Below, piece by piece: positions 1-12,553 of a stretch of DNA of 64,000 nucleotides. The position numbers and the translations under genes were made by a program. The DNA comes from Squalus acanthias (taxonomy: Eukaryota). The notes under the pieces are model-generated. The model was not told the DNA's origin. It saw nothing but the letters and a program-made list of their open reading frames with translations, and did not search any database. The DNA is taken from the NCBI GenBank assembly GCA_030390025.1, contig JASTWF010000367.1:186001-250000 (forward strand), read 5' to 3'. Numbering within the stretch: the first letter of the stretch is position 1; the number at the start of each line of letters is the position of its first letter.

Positions 1-307
1 ACTGGGTGAAGAAGCAGGTTGAAGGACAGATTGGAAACACAGAGAGTGAAACTGGTAAAAGGGACCTCCTGAACACATTCCACTACCTGTTTGAGTCTCA
101 GAATAAAGCACTGGCTCGGAACACAGTGAGATCTGTGGAATCACTTGGATTTAGTCGATTGACATTGACCCCGATTGACTGTGCGGTCCTGTCTCATGTC
201 ATTGGACTCTGTGAAACAATAAACTACCTCGATCTAGGGAACTGCAACATTCAGTGTGAAGGACTCCAGCGGCTGGTACCCGTACTGCACAAATGCCGGG
301 TGTTGAG
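1..307 (+). CDS. NLR exon: end of NACHT-associated region and first LRRs (partial at window start)
   Basis: Reads ...LLNTFHYLFESQNKAL...LTPIDCAVLSHVIGLCETINYLDLGNCNIQCEGLQRLVPVLHKCRVLR. Donor GAG|GTAACT at 307/308. Confidence 0.9.
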
Positions 308-719
308 GTAACTGTTTATTTCTCTCTAACTGTTGGACGAATTGTAGAACAGTCACGGATTGTGTTGTTGCTCCGTAATGAAGGGAAACAAACAGTTCAG
401 TTAAACCAGAGAGAAACAGATTCAACACAAATATGACCAATAATATGGGTTAGTAATTTCTTAAGGATTGGAGAATCTAAAATGGATCCTTGTGAACAAG
501 TAGGGATTTTATAGTCTTTGTCGGATCAACAAATACAGGTCACTGAGAGTCTGAAAATGTCATAACAATAAATCATATTTAATAAGGATGGACAGCGGAA
601 TGTAAACATAAAATATAATCCGAAAATAATAAAATTAATTTAAAATGTTTTCCACATTCACCATTTCAACTAGAAACAGGAGAGAAACCCGAGTTTAAAT
701 CACTAACAGTTCTATATTT

Positions 720-1095
720 ACTCCAATACCGTACAGGGTGTGTCTTGTCGAGGGGGTAGTTTCCTGGTTTGGGAATATTGGGGAATCGGGAATTCTTTCA
801 GCTGTAAATGTTTACAATTATTCACAGTCCTGAACATTGAGTAAAGATTGATTTCAGGATCTTAAATCTGCCGGTCAAAAGGTTCTAATCGAACGGGTTG
901 TGGGGTATTAGCCCCGGAGTACAGGCACACACCGGCCAGCGGTGGGGCCTCGCACACAGCGGGCGGCTCCTGGGTAAACCGGGGGCAGTGAACCCGGGAA
1001 TTCCCCGTAATCCGCCCCCTGTGAGTGAGGCCCCGCTCGGGTGGGAACTTCCGAAAATTCCCCCAAAACTGTCGGGCCAGTTACACCTGAAATAA
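720..1095. mobile_element. Degenerate GC-rich non-autonomous DNA transposon (Harbinger-MITE-like) in NLR intron
   Basis: GC-rich block with GGGAATT/AATTCCCC subterminal-like motifs resembling the Harbinger ends elsewhere in the window; no clean TIR pair found. Confidence 0.3.
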
Positions 1096-1600
1096 ATGTA
1101 GAGCCAGTTTAATGGGGAATAAAGTGAGAGACTCCCCTCCCCTATAAACTAGGAGCACAGGGACATTTAAAACTTGTAACGGGACAGAATAAACTCTCCT
1201 TGTTACATAAAATCCTGGGGGGTGGATTTTACAGCAACGACAGCGCCGTTTCACAATATAACTCACCCCGGGATATTATACAGATTAATATAATGCACAG
1301 CGTATAAAGTACAGGGAATCACCGCTTTATCATTTAATTCCGAGAAAATCGCCGCATTCCCATAAAATCCGGGATTTAAGGAGCAGCAGAAATGACAAAA
1401 GATTACCCAAACATGACGGGCCCGTCACTGAGCTCCAGGAGGGTAATTCTGATCATCAGGGAATGAGACCGGACTGAGGGACCTTGAAAGGCTTCACACA
1501 GAGAGCACGTTATTTAATAAATACATTTACTGGAGGTCCCTGAATATATGGGCAGTTGGACAGAGTGAGATTCATTGTCAGTGACCGGAAGGGGAGAATT

Positions 1601-3789
1601 ATGCGGGGGTTGGAGGGTCGGTGAGACAATTGATTTTTTTCCCCAGCGGCTCGAGACCCCGCTGTCAACCCCCCGCCACGCGCCTTTCCCAAATGTCGGG
1701 TCTGTCAGCGCTGAGCAGACTCGACATGCAGCGGCGGGGGAGGCAATTCAGGCCATTATGACCTTGTTAACAAAGCATTAACCACTATTTTCAGCTCACC
1801 TTCAGAGTTTACCAGGTTGCCCACGTGGTCCACGCTGCTCGGGGATCACATCAGGTAAGCAGGGCGGGAGTTGAATGGTCATGGAATCATCTCATTACTT
1901 GACAGCTGGAAATGTGCGATAAAAGCTTCCATCTCACAGCTATTCACTTTCCAAACTCAGAAGCTGCTGCTTACTGCATTTGGAAAACATATTGAGCTTT
2001 ATGCAGGTTGCAAGTGTTTGGAGCAAACTCTATCCAGTGTCCCGTCAATGGAACAACCTCTCTCACCATTGACAGATTGCATCTGTCATCTCAAGTTCAC
2101 CTGCCATCTATTACATCAGAATGGGTACGGTTTATACTGTCTCACCTTGACCCTCAGAACTGGACCATGATCAGCCCCAGCAGCACCAGGCACACCAGCA
2201 GCACCAACAACAACACCAAACTTCTCCGCAATCACTTGATGCTGTACTGGACAGAAGTCATCAGCACCTGTCCACATTGCTGCCTGGGACGCCAGAGATG
2301 ACCTCACCATGGCCAGATTTGCTTCACTTGATGCTGCATATCCTGGCTACCACATTATGTGTCAGGTTGGCACCACCCCACTTCAACAACATAAAGCATC
2401 CCTACAATGACCAAGCCATTCCTGTCACACTCATCAGCATTGCGGGGGGTACCGTTATGTCTCAAAATTCACTGCAACTCACTAAGCCACATCCAAAGGT
2501 GCACACAAATCTGTCGAAGAACGGAAAGCATTGAAAATAAAGATTTCAATATTTGACAGCACATTAACAGAAATTTCACAAACATTGGCTGAAGCACACA
2601 AGTGCCTACCTTTGTGTGTTGTTAGTTGGTATGATTTGATGAGGGTGAGTGTAAGGGGTGGCTAGTGAGATGGGGATGTGATAATGTAGATCGAGAGGGA
2701 TGGGTGGAGGTACAAGGTAAGTTGGTGTGAGTAAGGATGTGCAGGTGTAAGGTAGGAAAGGCAGAGTGAAGGGGATGCGATGAATGGCACAGCAGGATGA
2801 GGTTGAGTGTGGCTTTACAGTAAAGTTTCGTGATCTACTGAGATAATTGAAAGGATTGCGTCACTGCAGCATGGTCCTCGTGACGACATTCTTGCTTGTG
2901 TCCTCCTGTGCAATTTACAACCAGGATGCGTTGGTCTCCTGGGGAGGTCTCTTCCGCATTTAGGAAGCATAGAAGATAGGAGCAGGAGTAGGCCATTCAG
3001 CGCCTCGAGCCTGATCCGCCTTTTAATGAGATCATGGCTGATCATTCAAATTCAGCACCCTGTCCCTGCTTTCTCCCCATATCCCTTGATCCCTTTAGCA
3101 TTAAGAAATATATCTATCTCCTTCTTGAATATATTTAATGAATTGGCCTCAACTGCCTTCTGTGGTAGAGAATTCCACAGGTTCAGCACTCTCTAGGTGA
3201 AGAAATTCCTCCTCATCTCAGTCCTAAATGGCTTACCCCTTATGCTTAGACTGTGACCTCTGGTTCTGGACTCACCCGCCATCGGGAACATCCTTCCTGC
3301 ATCTTGTCTGTCTAGTCCTGTTAGAATTTTATAAGTTTCAATGAGATCCCCTCTCATTCTTCTAAACTCTAGCGAATATAAGCCTAATCGACCCAATCTC
3401 TCTTCATACGACATTCCTGCCATCCCAGGTATCAGTCTGGTAAATCTTTGCTGCACTCCCTCCATGGCAAGAGGAAGGGAAGAGAACCTCCCTGTCTGCT
3501 GAGAGAGCCTGGGTGTAGCCATGCACCTCTGTGCAGTGTTTGCAGCACCTCAATACTGTAGAAAATTGACAGCACAAATATCAAACTAAATTGCACATGG
3601 CCCCTTTAAGGAAACCAGCTGATGACGCTTCTTCACATGTTGTCATCAGACCCGCTTCCTCTAATTGACCGGGAAACACGCTGGGAGGGGCTTAACCAGC
3701 CAGTCAGGGGAAAGTCCTTCTACAGAGCGGGGCCGCGACCTGACCCGCCACCGATCCGGGCCGCACCCGACCCGCCCATGTAACTCGGT
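1601..3789 (-). mobile_element. Degenerate Harbinger/PIF remnant with a decayed Myb/SANT gene, interrupted by a CR1 3' fragment
   Basis: Minus strand 3522 to ~2820 gives MATPRL..REVLFP / RKRPPQETNASWL*IAQE..VVTRTMLQ*RNPFNYL, the same Myb/SANT family as at 4402. GC-rich ends. AATT occurs at both junctions (1597-1600, 3791-3794). Confidence 0.6.
2968..3471 (-). mobile_element. CR1 (HER1-like) LINE 3' fragment
   Basis: C-terminal ORF2 LAMEGVQQRFTRLIPGMAGMSYEERLGRLGLYSLEFRRMRGDLIETYKIL plus 3' UTR. AGGAAG flanks both sides (2962-2967, 3472-3477), a putative TSD. Confidence 0.9.
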
Positions 3790-3898
3790 TAATTCCTGCA
3801 GTACTTTCAGTGATTGCTGTAATATCAGAGAGAGGAAAATATATCAGATCCGGTGTGTGATACAGTTTGTTTCTCTCTCTCTGTTTCTTTGTGTTTAG

Positions 3899-3985
3899 AC
3901 TGAGCGACAATAAACTGGGAGGTTCAGAAGTGAAACTTCTGTCTGCGGCTCTGAGGAACCCGGACTGTAAAATACAGGAACTGGG
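3899..3985 (+). CDS. NLR LRR exon (87 bp)
   Basis: tttag|A CTG AGC GAC AAT AAA CTG...GAA CTG GG|gtaagt encodes LSDNKLGGSEVKLLSAALRNPDCKIQELG. Confidence 0.9.
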
Positions 3986-4122
3986 GTAAGTACCAGACTG
4001 AGATTGTGTTTATAATCACTGGATGTCTGACGCTGTACACTATTATTAGTATCAGTAATAGTGTTATTAATAAACACTGGGGATTTACTCTGATTCCTGT
4101 GATTTCTCTCTCTGATCCCCAG

Positions 4123-4138
4123 GCTGAGCAGTAACGAT
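4123..4138 (+). pseudogene. 5' 16 bp of an NLR LRR exon cut by the Harbinger insertion
   Basis: Acceptor ccccag|G CTG AGC AGT AAC GAT. The preceding intron 3986-4122 is paralogous to intron 11987-12127. Confidence 0.8.
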
Positions 4139-4401
4139 GGGCTGCGATTTTCTCATCGGTGGCGGGTTGGGTGCGGGTCAGGTGGTCGGCGGGTTGCGGC
4201 CCCGCCGCCGTTTTCAGCCAGTCAGAAATTGAAATTTTCCCTTAATTGGATATTGAGTCTTTAGTGCGCGCTCCCCTGGCCAATTAGTTGTTTTGGGTCT
4301 GCTGCTCGCCTCTGCTGATGTCAGTCAGCCAGCTGCATTTAAGGGGCCTTGTTTGATTCTCTCATTCTTTGATGCTGGATTTCGTGCTACCAACTGCTGC
4401 C

Positions 4402-7400
4402 ATGACTGCTTCAAGGGCCAAGGCCTCACCCCGTTTTGATGATGACTCCCTCCATGCTCTTGTTGAGGGAGTGAGAGGGCGCAAGGAGGTACTCTTCCCA
4501 TCCTCTGGACGGAGGAAGCCTCCTAAGCAAAGCAGCCTGGCCGCAAATTTCTGAGGAGGTCAGCTCCAGATCATTGTGCACTCGATCCTGGGTTCTGTGC
4601 AGGAAAAGGTTGAGAGACCTGGTACACTCAGGAAAACTGAGTATAACATCACACTTACCCTCAATCTGCTCCCCATCTCCTCTTATCACCAGCACTCTGC
4701 ATTGTCAACCTACTCCTGCATAACCCACTTTACCCTTGCATCCCTTGCACCCTTAACCATCCCTCTCTCTCTAGGTACACAATCACTTTACTATTCGACT
4801 ATGCTGCCCTCACACTCACTATCACTGTTATGCAGATAGGCGTTTCTGCGGCCGCAAACGAGTCTCCAGGATGGTATGTTGCCTCCCTGGTGCAAGAGTC
4901 AAGGTTATCTCGGAGCGGCTGCGGGGCATTCTGGAGAGGGAGGGTGAACAGCCAGTTGTCGTGGTGCATATAGGTACGAATGATATAGGTAAAAAACGGG
5001 ATGAGGTCCTAAAAGCTGAATATAGGGAGTTAGGAGGTAAATTATAAAATAGGACCTCAAAGGTAGTAATCTCAGGATTGCTATCGGTGCCACGTGCTAG
5101 TCAGAGTAGAAATAGAAGGATATTTCAGATGAATACGTGGCGAGAGAAATTGTGCAAGGGGGAGGGATTCAAATTCCTGGGACATTGGAACCGGTTCTGG
5201 GGGAGGTGGGACTAGTACAAACTGGACGGTTTGCACCTGTGCAGGACCGGGACCGATGTCCTAGGGGGAGTGTTTGCTAGTGCTTTTGGGGAGGGTTTAA
5301 ACTAAAATGGCAGGGGGTTGGGAACCTGTGCAGGGAAACAGAGGAAAGGGAAGCAAGAATAGAAGCAAAAGTGGAAGGCACAGAAATCAAGGGAGTAAAT
5401 CAAACAGGGCTACAGTAAATAATAATTCTAAAAGGACTAAGAGTTTTAAAAAAAAAGCCTGAAGGCTTTGTGTCTTAATGCGAGGAGCATTCGTAATAAG
5501 GTGGATGAATTAGCTGCGCAAATAGATGGAAACGGATATGATATAATTGGGATTACGGAGACATGGCTCCAGGGTGACCAAGTCTGGGAATTCAACATCC
5601 AGGGGTATTCAAAATGCAGGAAGGACAGACAAAAAAGAAAAGGAGCTGGGGCAGCATTGCTGTTTAAAGAGGAGATTAACACAATAGTAAGGGAGGATAT
5701 TAGCTCTGATGATGTGGAATCTGTATGGGTAGAGCTGTGAAACACCAAGGGGCAGAAAGCATTAGTGGGAGTTGTATATAGACCTCCCAAACAGTAATGC
5801 TGAGGTTGGGGATGGCATTAAACGGGAATTAGAGACCCGTGCAATAAGGGCACAGCAGTTATCATGGGTGACTTTAATCTACATATAGATTGGGCTAACC
5901 AAATTCATAACAATACTGTGGAGGAGGAATTCCTAGAGTGTATACAGGATGGTTTCCTGGACCAATATGTCGAGGAACCAACTAGAGATCAGGCCATCTT
6001 AGACTGGGTATTATTTAATGAGAAAGGATTAATTAGCAATCTTGTTGTGCGAGGCCCCTTGGGGAGGAGCGATCATAATATGATAGAATTCTTCATTAAG
6101 ATGGAGAGTGAAGTAATTAACTCAGAGACTAGTGTCCTGAATTTAAATAAAGGAAACTACGATGGTATGAGGTGCGAGTTGGCTAGGATGGATTGGGGAG
6201 CGTTACTTAAAGGGTTGATGGTGGATCGGCAACGCAAACATTTAAAGATCGCATGGATGAACTACAGAATTTGTTCATCCCTGTTTGGCATAAAAATAAA
6301 ACAAAAAAGTGACTCAACTGTGGCTATCAAGGGAAATTAGGGATAGCATAAGATCCAAGGAGAGGACATATAAATTGGCCAGAAAAGCAGCAAACCTGAG
6401 GATTGGGAGCAGTTTAGGATTTAGTAAAGGAGGACAAAGGGATTAATTAAGAGGGGGAAAATAGAATGAGAGTAAGCTTTCAGGGGACATAAAAACTGAC
6501 TGTAAAAGATTCTATAGATATGTGAAGAGAAAAAGATTTGTGAAGTCAAGCGTAGGTCCCTTGCAGTCAGAATCAGGGGAATTTTAATGGGGAACAATGA
6601 AATGCAAGACCAATTAAATACATACTTTGGTTCTGTCTTCACAAAGGAGGACACAAATCAACTCCCAGAGATGTCGGGGAACATAGGGTCTAATGAGAGG
6701 GAGGAATTGAATGAAATCAGTATTTGTAGGGAAATGGTGTTAGGGAAATTGACAGGATTGAAGGCCGATAAATCCCCAGGGCCTGATAATCTACATCCTA
6801 GGGTACTTAAGAAAGTGGCCCTAGAAATAGTAGATGCATTACTGGTCATCTTTCAAAATTCTATAGACGCTGGAACAGTTCCCATGGATTGGAGGGCAGC
6901 TAATGTAACCCCACTATTTAAAAAAGGTGGTAGAGAAAAAACGGGCAATTAAGCCTGACATCGGTAGTGGGCAAAATGCTGGAGTCCATAATAAAAGATG
7001 TAATAGCAGAGCACTTGGAAAACAGTGACAGGATCGGACAAAGTCAACATGGATTTACAGAAGGTAAATCATGCCTCATTAATCTACTGGAATTTTTTGA
7101 GGATGTTACTGGTAGAATAGATAAGGGAGAGCCAGTGGATGTGGTGTATTTGGACATTCAGAAGGCTTTCGATAAGGTCCCGCATAAGAGATTAACGTGC
7201 AAAGTTAAAGCACATGGATTGGGGGTAAGGTACTGAATTGTACCGAGAACTGGTTGGCAGACAGGAAGCAGAGAGTTGGAATAAACGGGACTTTTTCCGA
7301 GTGGCAGGCAGTGACTAGTGGGGTACCGCAGGGATCGGTGCTAGGACCCCAGCTATTCACAATATATATTAATCATCTAGACGAGGGAACTAGATGTAAT

Positions 7401-9840
7401 ATCTCCTGGTTTGCAGACGACACAAATCTGTGTGGGCATGTGTGCTGTGAGAAGGATGCAGAGAAACTCCAGTATGATTTGGACAGGTTGGGTGTTTGGC
7501 ATGTGCATGGCAGATGCAGTATAATGTGGATAAATGCGAGGTTATCCACTTTGGTGGGAAAAACAGGAAGACAGATTATTATCTGAATGGCAATAGATTG
7601 GGAAAAGGGGAAGTGCAACGAGATCTGGGAGCCCTTGTGCACCAGTCGCTAAAGGTTAGCATGCAGTTGCAGCAGGCGGTTAAGAAGGGAAATGGTATGT
7701 TGGCCTTCATAGCGAGAGGATTCGAGTAAAGGAGCAAGGATGTCTTGCTGCAGTTGTACAAGGCCTTGGTGAGACCACACCTTGAGTATTGTGTGCAGTT
7801 TTGGTCATCTTATCTGATGAAGGACTTTCTTGCCATGGAGGGAGTGTAGTGAAGATTTACCAGACTGATACCTGGGATGGCAGGAATGACATATGAAGAG
7901 AGATTGGGTCGATTCGGCTTATTTGCTAGAGTTTAGAAAATGAGAGGGGATCTCATTGAAACTTATAAAATTCTAACAGGACTAGACAGACTAGATGCTG
8001 GAAGGATGTTCCGATGGCGGGGGAGTTCAGAACCAGAGGTCACAGTCTAAAGATAAGGGGTAAGCCATTTAGGACTGAGTTGAGGAGGAATTTCTTCACC
8101 CAGAGAGTGGTGAACCTGTGGAGTTCTCTACCACAGAAGGCAGTTGAGGTCAATTCATTAAATATATTCAAGAAGGAGATATATGTATTTCTTAAGGCTA
8201 AAGGGATCAAGGGATATGGGGAGAGAGCAGGGACAGGGTACTGAATTTGGATGGTCAGCCATGATCTCATTAAATGGCGGCGCAGGCTCGAGGGGCCGAA
8301 TGGCCTACTCCTGCTCCTATGCTTCTATGCAATGCCAACAACTAACAACGCATAAGGAGAGCCCTTGGTATTGGCACCTCACTCCATCTTTGTCTCCTTC
8401 TAAGCATCTATGCTATGGATTCTCTACACTCACTCCATCATTTTCACTCAAACTCCACTTGTGTCCCTCATTGCAGGAAAAGAGAGCCCACAATAAGAGG
8501 GAGAGGGCTAGGACAGGAGGCGGGCCACCTCCATTGCCCATATGACCAACGCTGAGGAGGCTGTCCCCGAAATAACCGGAGGTGATGCGGATCTGGAAGT
8601 GGGGGACGGTCGGACGGGCGCAGCAGAGCAAGCTGGTGACAGAATAGATTTGCATCTCTCTCATTTACATTGCATGAGTGACTGATATGGAATCTGATGC
8701 TCATACAGATTGAGTTATGATCATCTGCACAATTAGATGTGAATGCTACGTTAATATCACATGTCTAACTTATGCCTTTACTCCCCCACAGGGCCATCGA
8801 GACCGCCCTTCCCACTGTCCAGGAGGAAGAGCCTAAGCCTGAAGACGACTCAGAGGAACCTGCAACCTCTGAGGGCGCAGCGTAAGCAGAATTAAGCACA
8901 CCCAGCAGCAGCGCAGATACGCACACTTTGGTGGGACCTTCGCGAGATAGAGTAGTGTTGTCACCTGGTGTATCACAGCTCACAAGTGAACATCAGCAGA
9001 TGGTGGAGACAGGGACAGCAGTGGAGAGTCCACGTCGGAGGCCGCAGGATGCTCCCAGCTCTGCTCAGCCGCATGTCGACCCTGTGCCTCCGGGTCCATC
9101 CAGCAAGAGAGAGGTGCCGGAACAAGTGCAGGAGTCTCTGGCAGGTTTTGCATCCAGGGTTACTGCGAGTGTGGAGAGGATGGAGGAGTCCATGTCTAAC
9201 ATGAGCAGTGCCTTTGTGGAGGCAATGGCGCATGAACGCACCACCACGGATAGGATGGCAACCTCCGTGGAAAGGATGACTACCTCCGTGGAAAGGATGG
9301 CTATGGTCATGGAGGAAGTAAGTCGCCAGAGTCAGGAAAACATGGTGAATGTTCAGAATAGATTGACATCTCTGGAGGAGCGATGGGCAGCTATTGAGCA
9401 GAATAACCATGGAAGTTCTTTTGAGGAGGACTGCCAGTGCAGATACAGGTCCTCATGGCCCCCCTGGTGTACAGCTAAGGTTCTGTCCAGCCACTTGCGA
9501 GCACTGACGTGGGGTTGACCCATGAGAGGGTTGTTGGTGGCAGGCAACAAGGAAGTGTGGGCTCCTCTCCAAGCGCTCACACTCCCATGCCACTGCGTAG
9601 CCCTCTGTCAGAACCCCACCAGAGTTCTCACCCAACTGAGTTTGGTGTCTCAGCCCCTGCAAATCAGCAGGAGGAGCAGCCTGTTGCCAAGACCTCACAG
9701 GCTCGCAAACCCAGAGGACGCCTGACAAAGGTATCGAAGCATGAGCAGCATGAAAGTGAGCAAGGTGCCTCCACACCTGCTGAAGCCACGGGAAGCACCA
9801 CGTAGAAGCACACATAAGAGGAAGATAAAGCACAATTGGT
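4402..9840 (+). pseudogene. Harbinger Myb/SANT-like DNA-binding protein gene (3 exons, disrupted)
   Basis: Exon 1 MTASRAKASPRFDDDSLHALVEGVRGRKEVLFPSSGRRKPP (frameshifted). Exon 2 from ~8477 EKRAHNKRERARTGGGPP. Exon 3 from ~8792 is acidic/coiled-coil, with stops and frameshifts. Confidence 0.75.
4835..8325 (+). mobile_element. CR1 (HER1-like) LINE, 5'-truncated, degenerate ORF1 esterase and ORF2
   Basis: ORF1 SGNH esterase (VCCLPGARVK..VHIGTNDI..DGLHL) to ~5304. ORF2 pieces CLNARSIRNK, ITETWL, MGDFNL, SDHN, KSPGPD, GVPQGSVLGP, FADDT. 3' tail CCTATGCTTCTATG. Possible TSD TATGCA (4829-4834, 8326-8331). Confidence 0.95.
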
Positions 9841-10094
9841 CACTTCTGTTCTGTTGTCTTTTGTTGTCTTTAATATTTGGCATTGTCATCCTTTTGTGCA
9901 TGTATTAAACAGAAGTGATGGCAAACAGTTGAAGTTCTGGCCTATGTGATCTTGGAAATGGAAGTTGCACATTGAGCGCTCAGGGCGACTTGCATTTGTA
10001 ATGATGGCGGTGAGAGTGATGGGAACCCAGAGGCTTTTGTACATTGTGTATGGTGTGATAAGAAGAAGCCAGCCACATGCGTTTGATTTGTCTA

Positions 10095-11321
10095 CCTAAG
10101 CGAATCTGGCAAAGATTAGTGCATCCCTTGCATCACGTGCAGCAATGTGCTCACGTGCTGCTAGAGCTGGCTCATCCGCCTCCGCAATGTATTCCTACTC
10201 ATCCTCCTTCGCCTCCTCATCTGAGGAGGCTATGCGCTGAGCCACTTGTTCCTCGGGCAGCTGCAAGCCACCATGCTGTGCGGTGTTTTCAGTGCACAGC
10301 AGACCATGATGATTCTGGAGACCCTGGCTGCTGAGTACTGCAGGGCTCCAGCTGATCTGTCAAACCATCTGAATCGCATTTTGAGCAAGCTGATGGTTTG
10401 CTCGCTGATGGATCTGTTCGATATGTGGTTGGCATTGTAGCGTTCCTCAGCTTTGTTCGACGGCCTCCTCAACGGCGTCATAGGCCACATCTTCAGGGGA
10501 CAGTCCTTGTCTCCAAGTAGCCATCCGGAAAGTTGGGTTGGCGGATTGAAGAGCGGAGGCATAATAGACTGCTGCAGGATGAACGAGTCATAGCAACTGC
10601 CAGGTTACTTTGCGCAAACATGCATAATGTCCTTCCTGTGGTTACACACCAGCTGGACGTTAAGGGAGTGGAAGCCCTTGCAATTGACAAATACAGCAGG
10701 GTTCTGATGGGATGCCCTAATGGCCACATGTGTGCAGTCTACGATGTCCTTCACCCTTGGCAAGCCTGCCATATTTGCAAAGCCAACCGCACGCGCAGTT
10801 ACACTTGCTTGATCCATGGCGAAGTGGATGTAATTGTGCGCCTTTGCAAAGAGGGTATTGGTAACCTGCATGATGCAAGTGTGTGCAGCCGACTGGGTGA
10901 TGCCGCTGATGTCTGCTGATGAGCCCTGGAAGGACCCTGAAGCAAAACAATTGAGGGCGGTGGTGACTTTGACAGCCACTGGTAATGGGTGTCCACCCCT
11001 TCCTCTGGGCTCCAGGTGTTGGTGCAGAATTGCGCTGATATCACCGACTACCTCTCGCGAAAGTCTCAGCCTCCTTTGGCACTGCTGCTCAGTCATGTTG
11101 AGGAAGCTCATCCTCGGCCTGTAAACCCTGTGTTGGGGGTATCTCTTGTGGCGAGGTGCAGACCTGCGCTGACGCCTTCTGCCCTGTGCAGCATCAGGTG
11201 CGTAAGGAGGAGGTTGGCGCTCCTGTGGCTGCTGCTGCTGTTGTGCCTAGTTCTGCTGCTGCCGCGGCTGCTCTTCCTCTAAATCTGAGGACCAGGATGA
11301 CAGGGCATAAATGGTTCCCAT
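10095..11321 (-). pseudogene. Harbinger transposase (HARBI1-like DDE), frameshifted
   Basis: [59 protein letters not shown]; split over ORFs 10605-11111 and 10230-10562. Confidence 0.9.
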
Positions 11322-11831
11322 TCCACTGGTAGATATCTCAGTTGAGGAATAGAAGTTATAAGCGCTCAGTCAATGTGGGGAGAGGGTTTTCTCAGGAGGT
11401 CACTGTGGAGATGGATCTCAGCTTCACTACTTACAAGATCAGTAGACCTGCAAAAAGTTTTCCAAGACCTGAAAAAACAAAGTTCTGTCAGTGAGCCATG
11501 TTAGAGGTCCGTTTTTATGCTGGAGCTGCAGCTGTCAAGAAGTCAGGCACTTGCTGAACCCGGCACAATCAGCTGGTCTGGTTTGGGAACGGCGTGGAAC
11601 ACGCAGAAAATGTGGAAAAATTGAAAACCACTGTTAAAATAGGCTTAACTGCCTGAAGGGCCTCTCCCGCCACTTGGTGGCGGGACTGATCGGGTTTCTG
11701 GGAGCCTTCATTTGGCAAGGAGGCCTGGAGGCGGGTTGACGGTTGGATCGGACCCCGCCGTCAATCAAAGTGATTTTACCCTCTGACCCGCCTCCAAACC
11801 CGCCCTATGAGCGCCAGCAAAATTGCGGCCA

Positions 11832-11986
11832 CGGACAGATTCTTGTGCCGGGTATCTCGCCTCCGCTCTCAGTACAAACCGCTCACTGAGGGTTCTGAAC
11901 CTGGGTAATAATAAACTGGGAGATTCAGGAGTGAAACTACTGTCAGTGGCTCTGAGGAACCCGGACTGTAAAATACAGGAACTGTG
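11832..11986 (+). pseudogene. 3' remainder of the split NLR LRR exon
   Basis: TDSCAGYLASALSTNRSLRVLNLGNNKLGDSGVKLLSVALRNPDCKIQEL|gtaagt. Together with 4123-4138 this restores 171 bp in frame. Confidence 0.85.
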
Positions 11987-12127
11987 GTAAGTACCAGACT
12001 GTTTGAGATTGTGTTTATAATAACTGGATGTCTGACACTGGACATTATTATTAGTATCAGTAATAGTGTTATTAATAAACATTGGGGATTTACTCTGATT
12101 CCTGTTATTTCTCTCTCTGATTCCCAG

Positions 12128-12296
12128 GCTGGGTGATGTCGGTCTCACAGATTCTTGTGCCAAGGATCTCGTCTCCACTCTCAGTACAAAACCAATCACT
12201 GACGAGTCTGCACCTGAGGTCAAACTCCCTCACAGACCAATCTGTCCCCGCTCTCAGCCGCTTTATACAGACCTGCAGGAGTCTGGAGTGGATCGG
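12128..12296 (+). pseudogene. NLR LRR exon with +1 frameshift
   Basis: LGDVGLTDSCAKDLVSTLST, then AGTACAAAACCAATCA (one extra A relative to the paralogous AGTACAAACCGCTCA at 11871), then SLTSLHLRSNSLTDQSVPAL..LEWI|gtgag. Length 169 bp, not a multiple of 3. Confidence 0.85.
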
Positions 12297-12465
12297 GTGA
12301 GTGTTCGTGTTAATGTTTAATGTAATAAATAAAACATCAATGGGATTCAGTCACTTTGGGTAATATTTGTCTGTAAATATTACTGAAATATTAACCCCAG
12401 TCTCCCTGTTATTTACACTATTGTTCAATCTGTTTATTTCCTGTTTAATCTTTAATCTGTTTCAG

Positions 12466-12553
12466 GCTTTTGGGGAATCAGTTCAGTTTAACCGGAGGGA
12501 AACTCCTGAGGTCGCTGCAGGAAACAAGAACCGGACTGAGTGTGATTCTGTGA
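12466..12553 (+). CDS. NLR terminal coding exon
   Basis: ttcag|G CTT TTG GGG AAT CAG TTC encodes LLGNQFSLTGGKLLRSLQETRTGLSVIL*. AATAAA downstream near 13637 and 13719. Confidence 0.8.

Larger units (their letters stand above)
4139..11831. mobile_element. Harbinger/PIF DNA transposon (two-gene type) with nested CR1
   Basis: TIRs GGCTGCGATTTT (4140) and AAAATTGCGGCC (ends 11830), 10/12 match. Convergent Myb/SANT gene (+) and HARBI1-like transposase (-). Confidence 0.9.
1..12553 (+). pseudogene. NLR (NACHT-LRR, NLRC3/NLRP3-like) gene, 3' half; disrupted
   Basis: Exons <1-307, 3899-3985, 4123-4138 + 11832-11986 (split by a transposon), 12128-12296 and 12466-12553, all with AG/GT boundaries. They encode the end of the large NACHT-containing exon and ribonuclease-inhibitor-type LRRs. 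Lesions: a Harbinger insertion in one exon and a +1 A in another. Confidence 0.88.
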
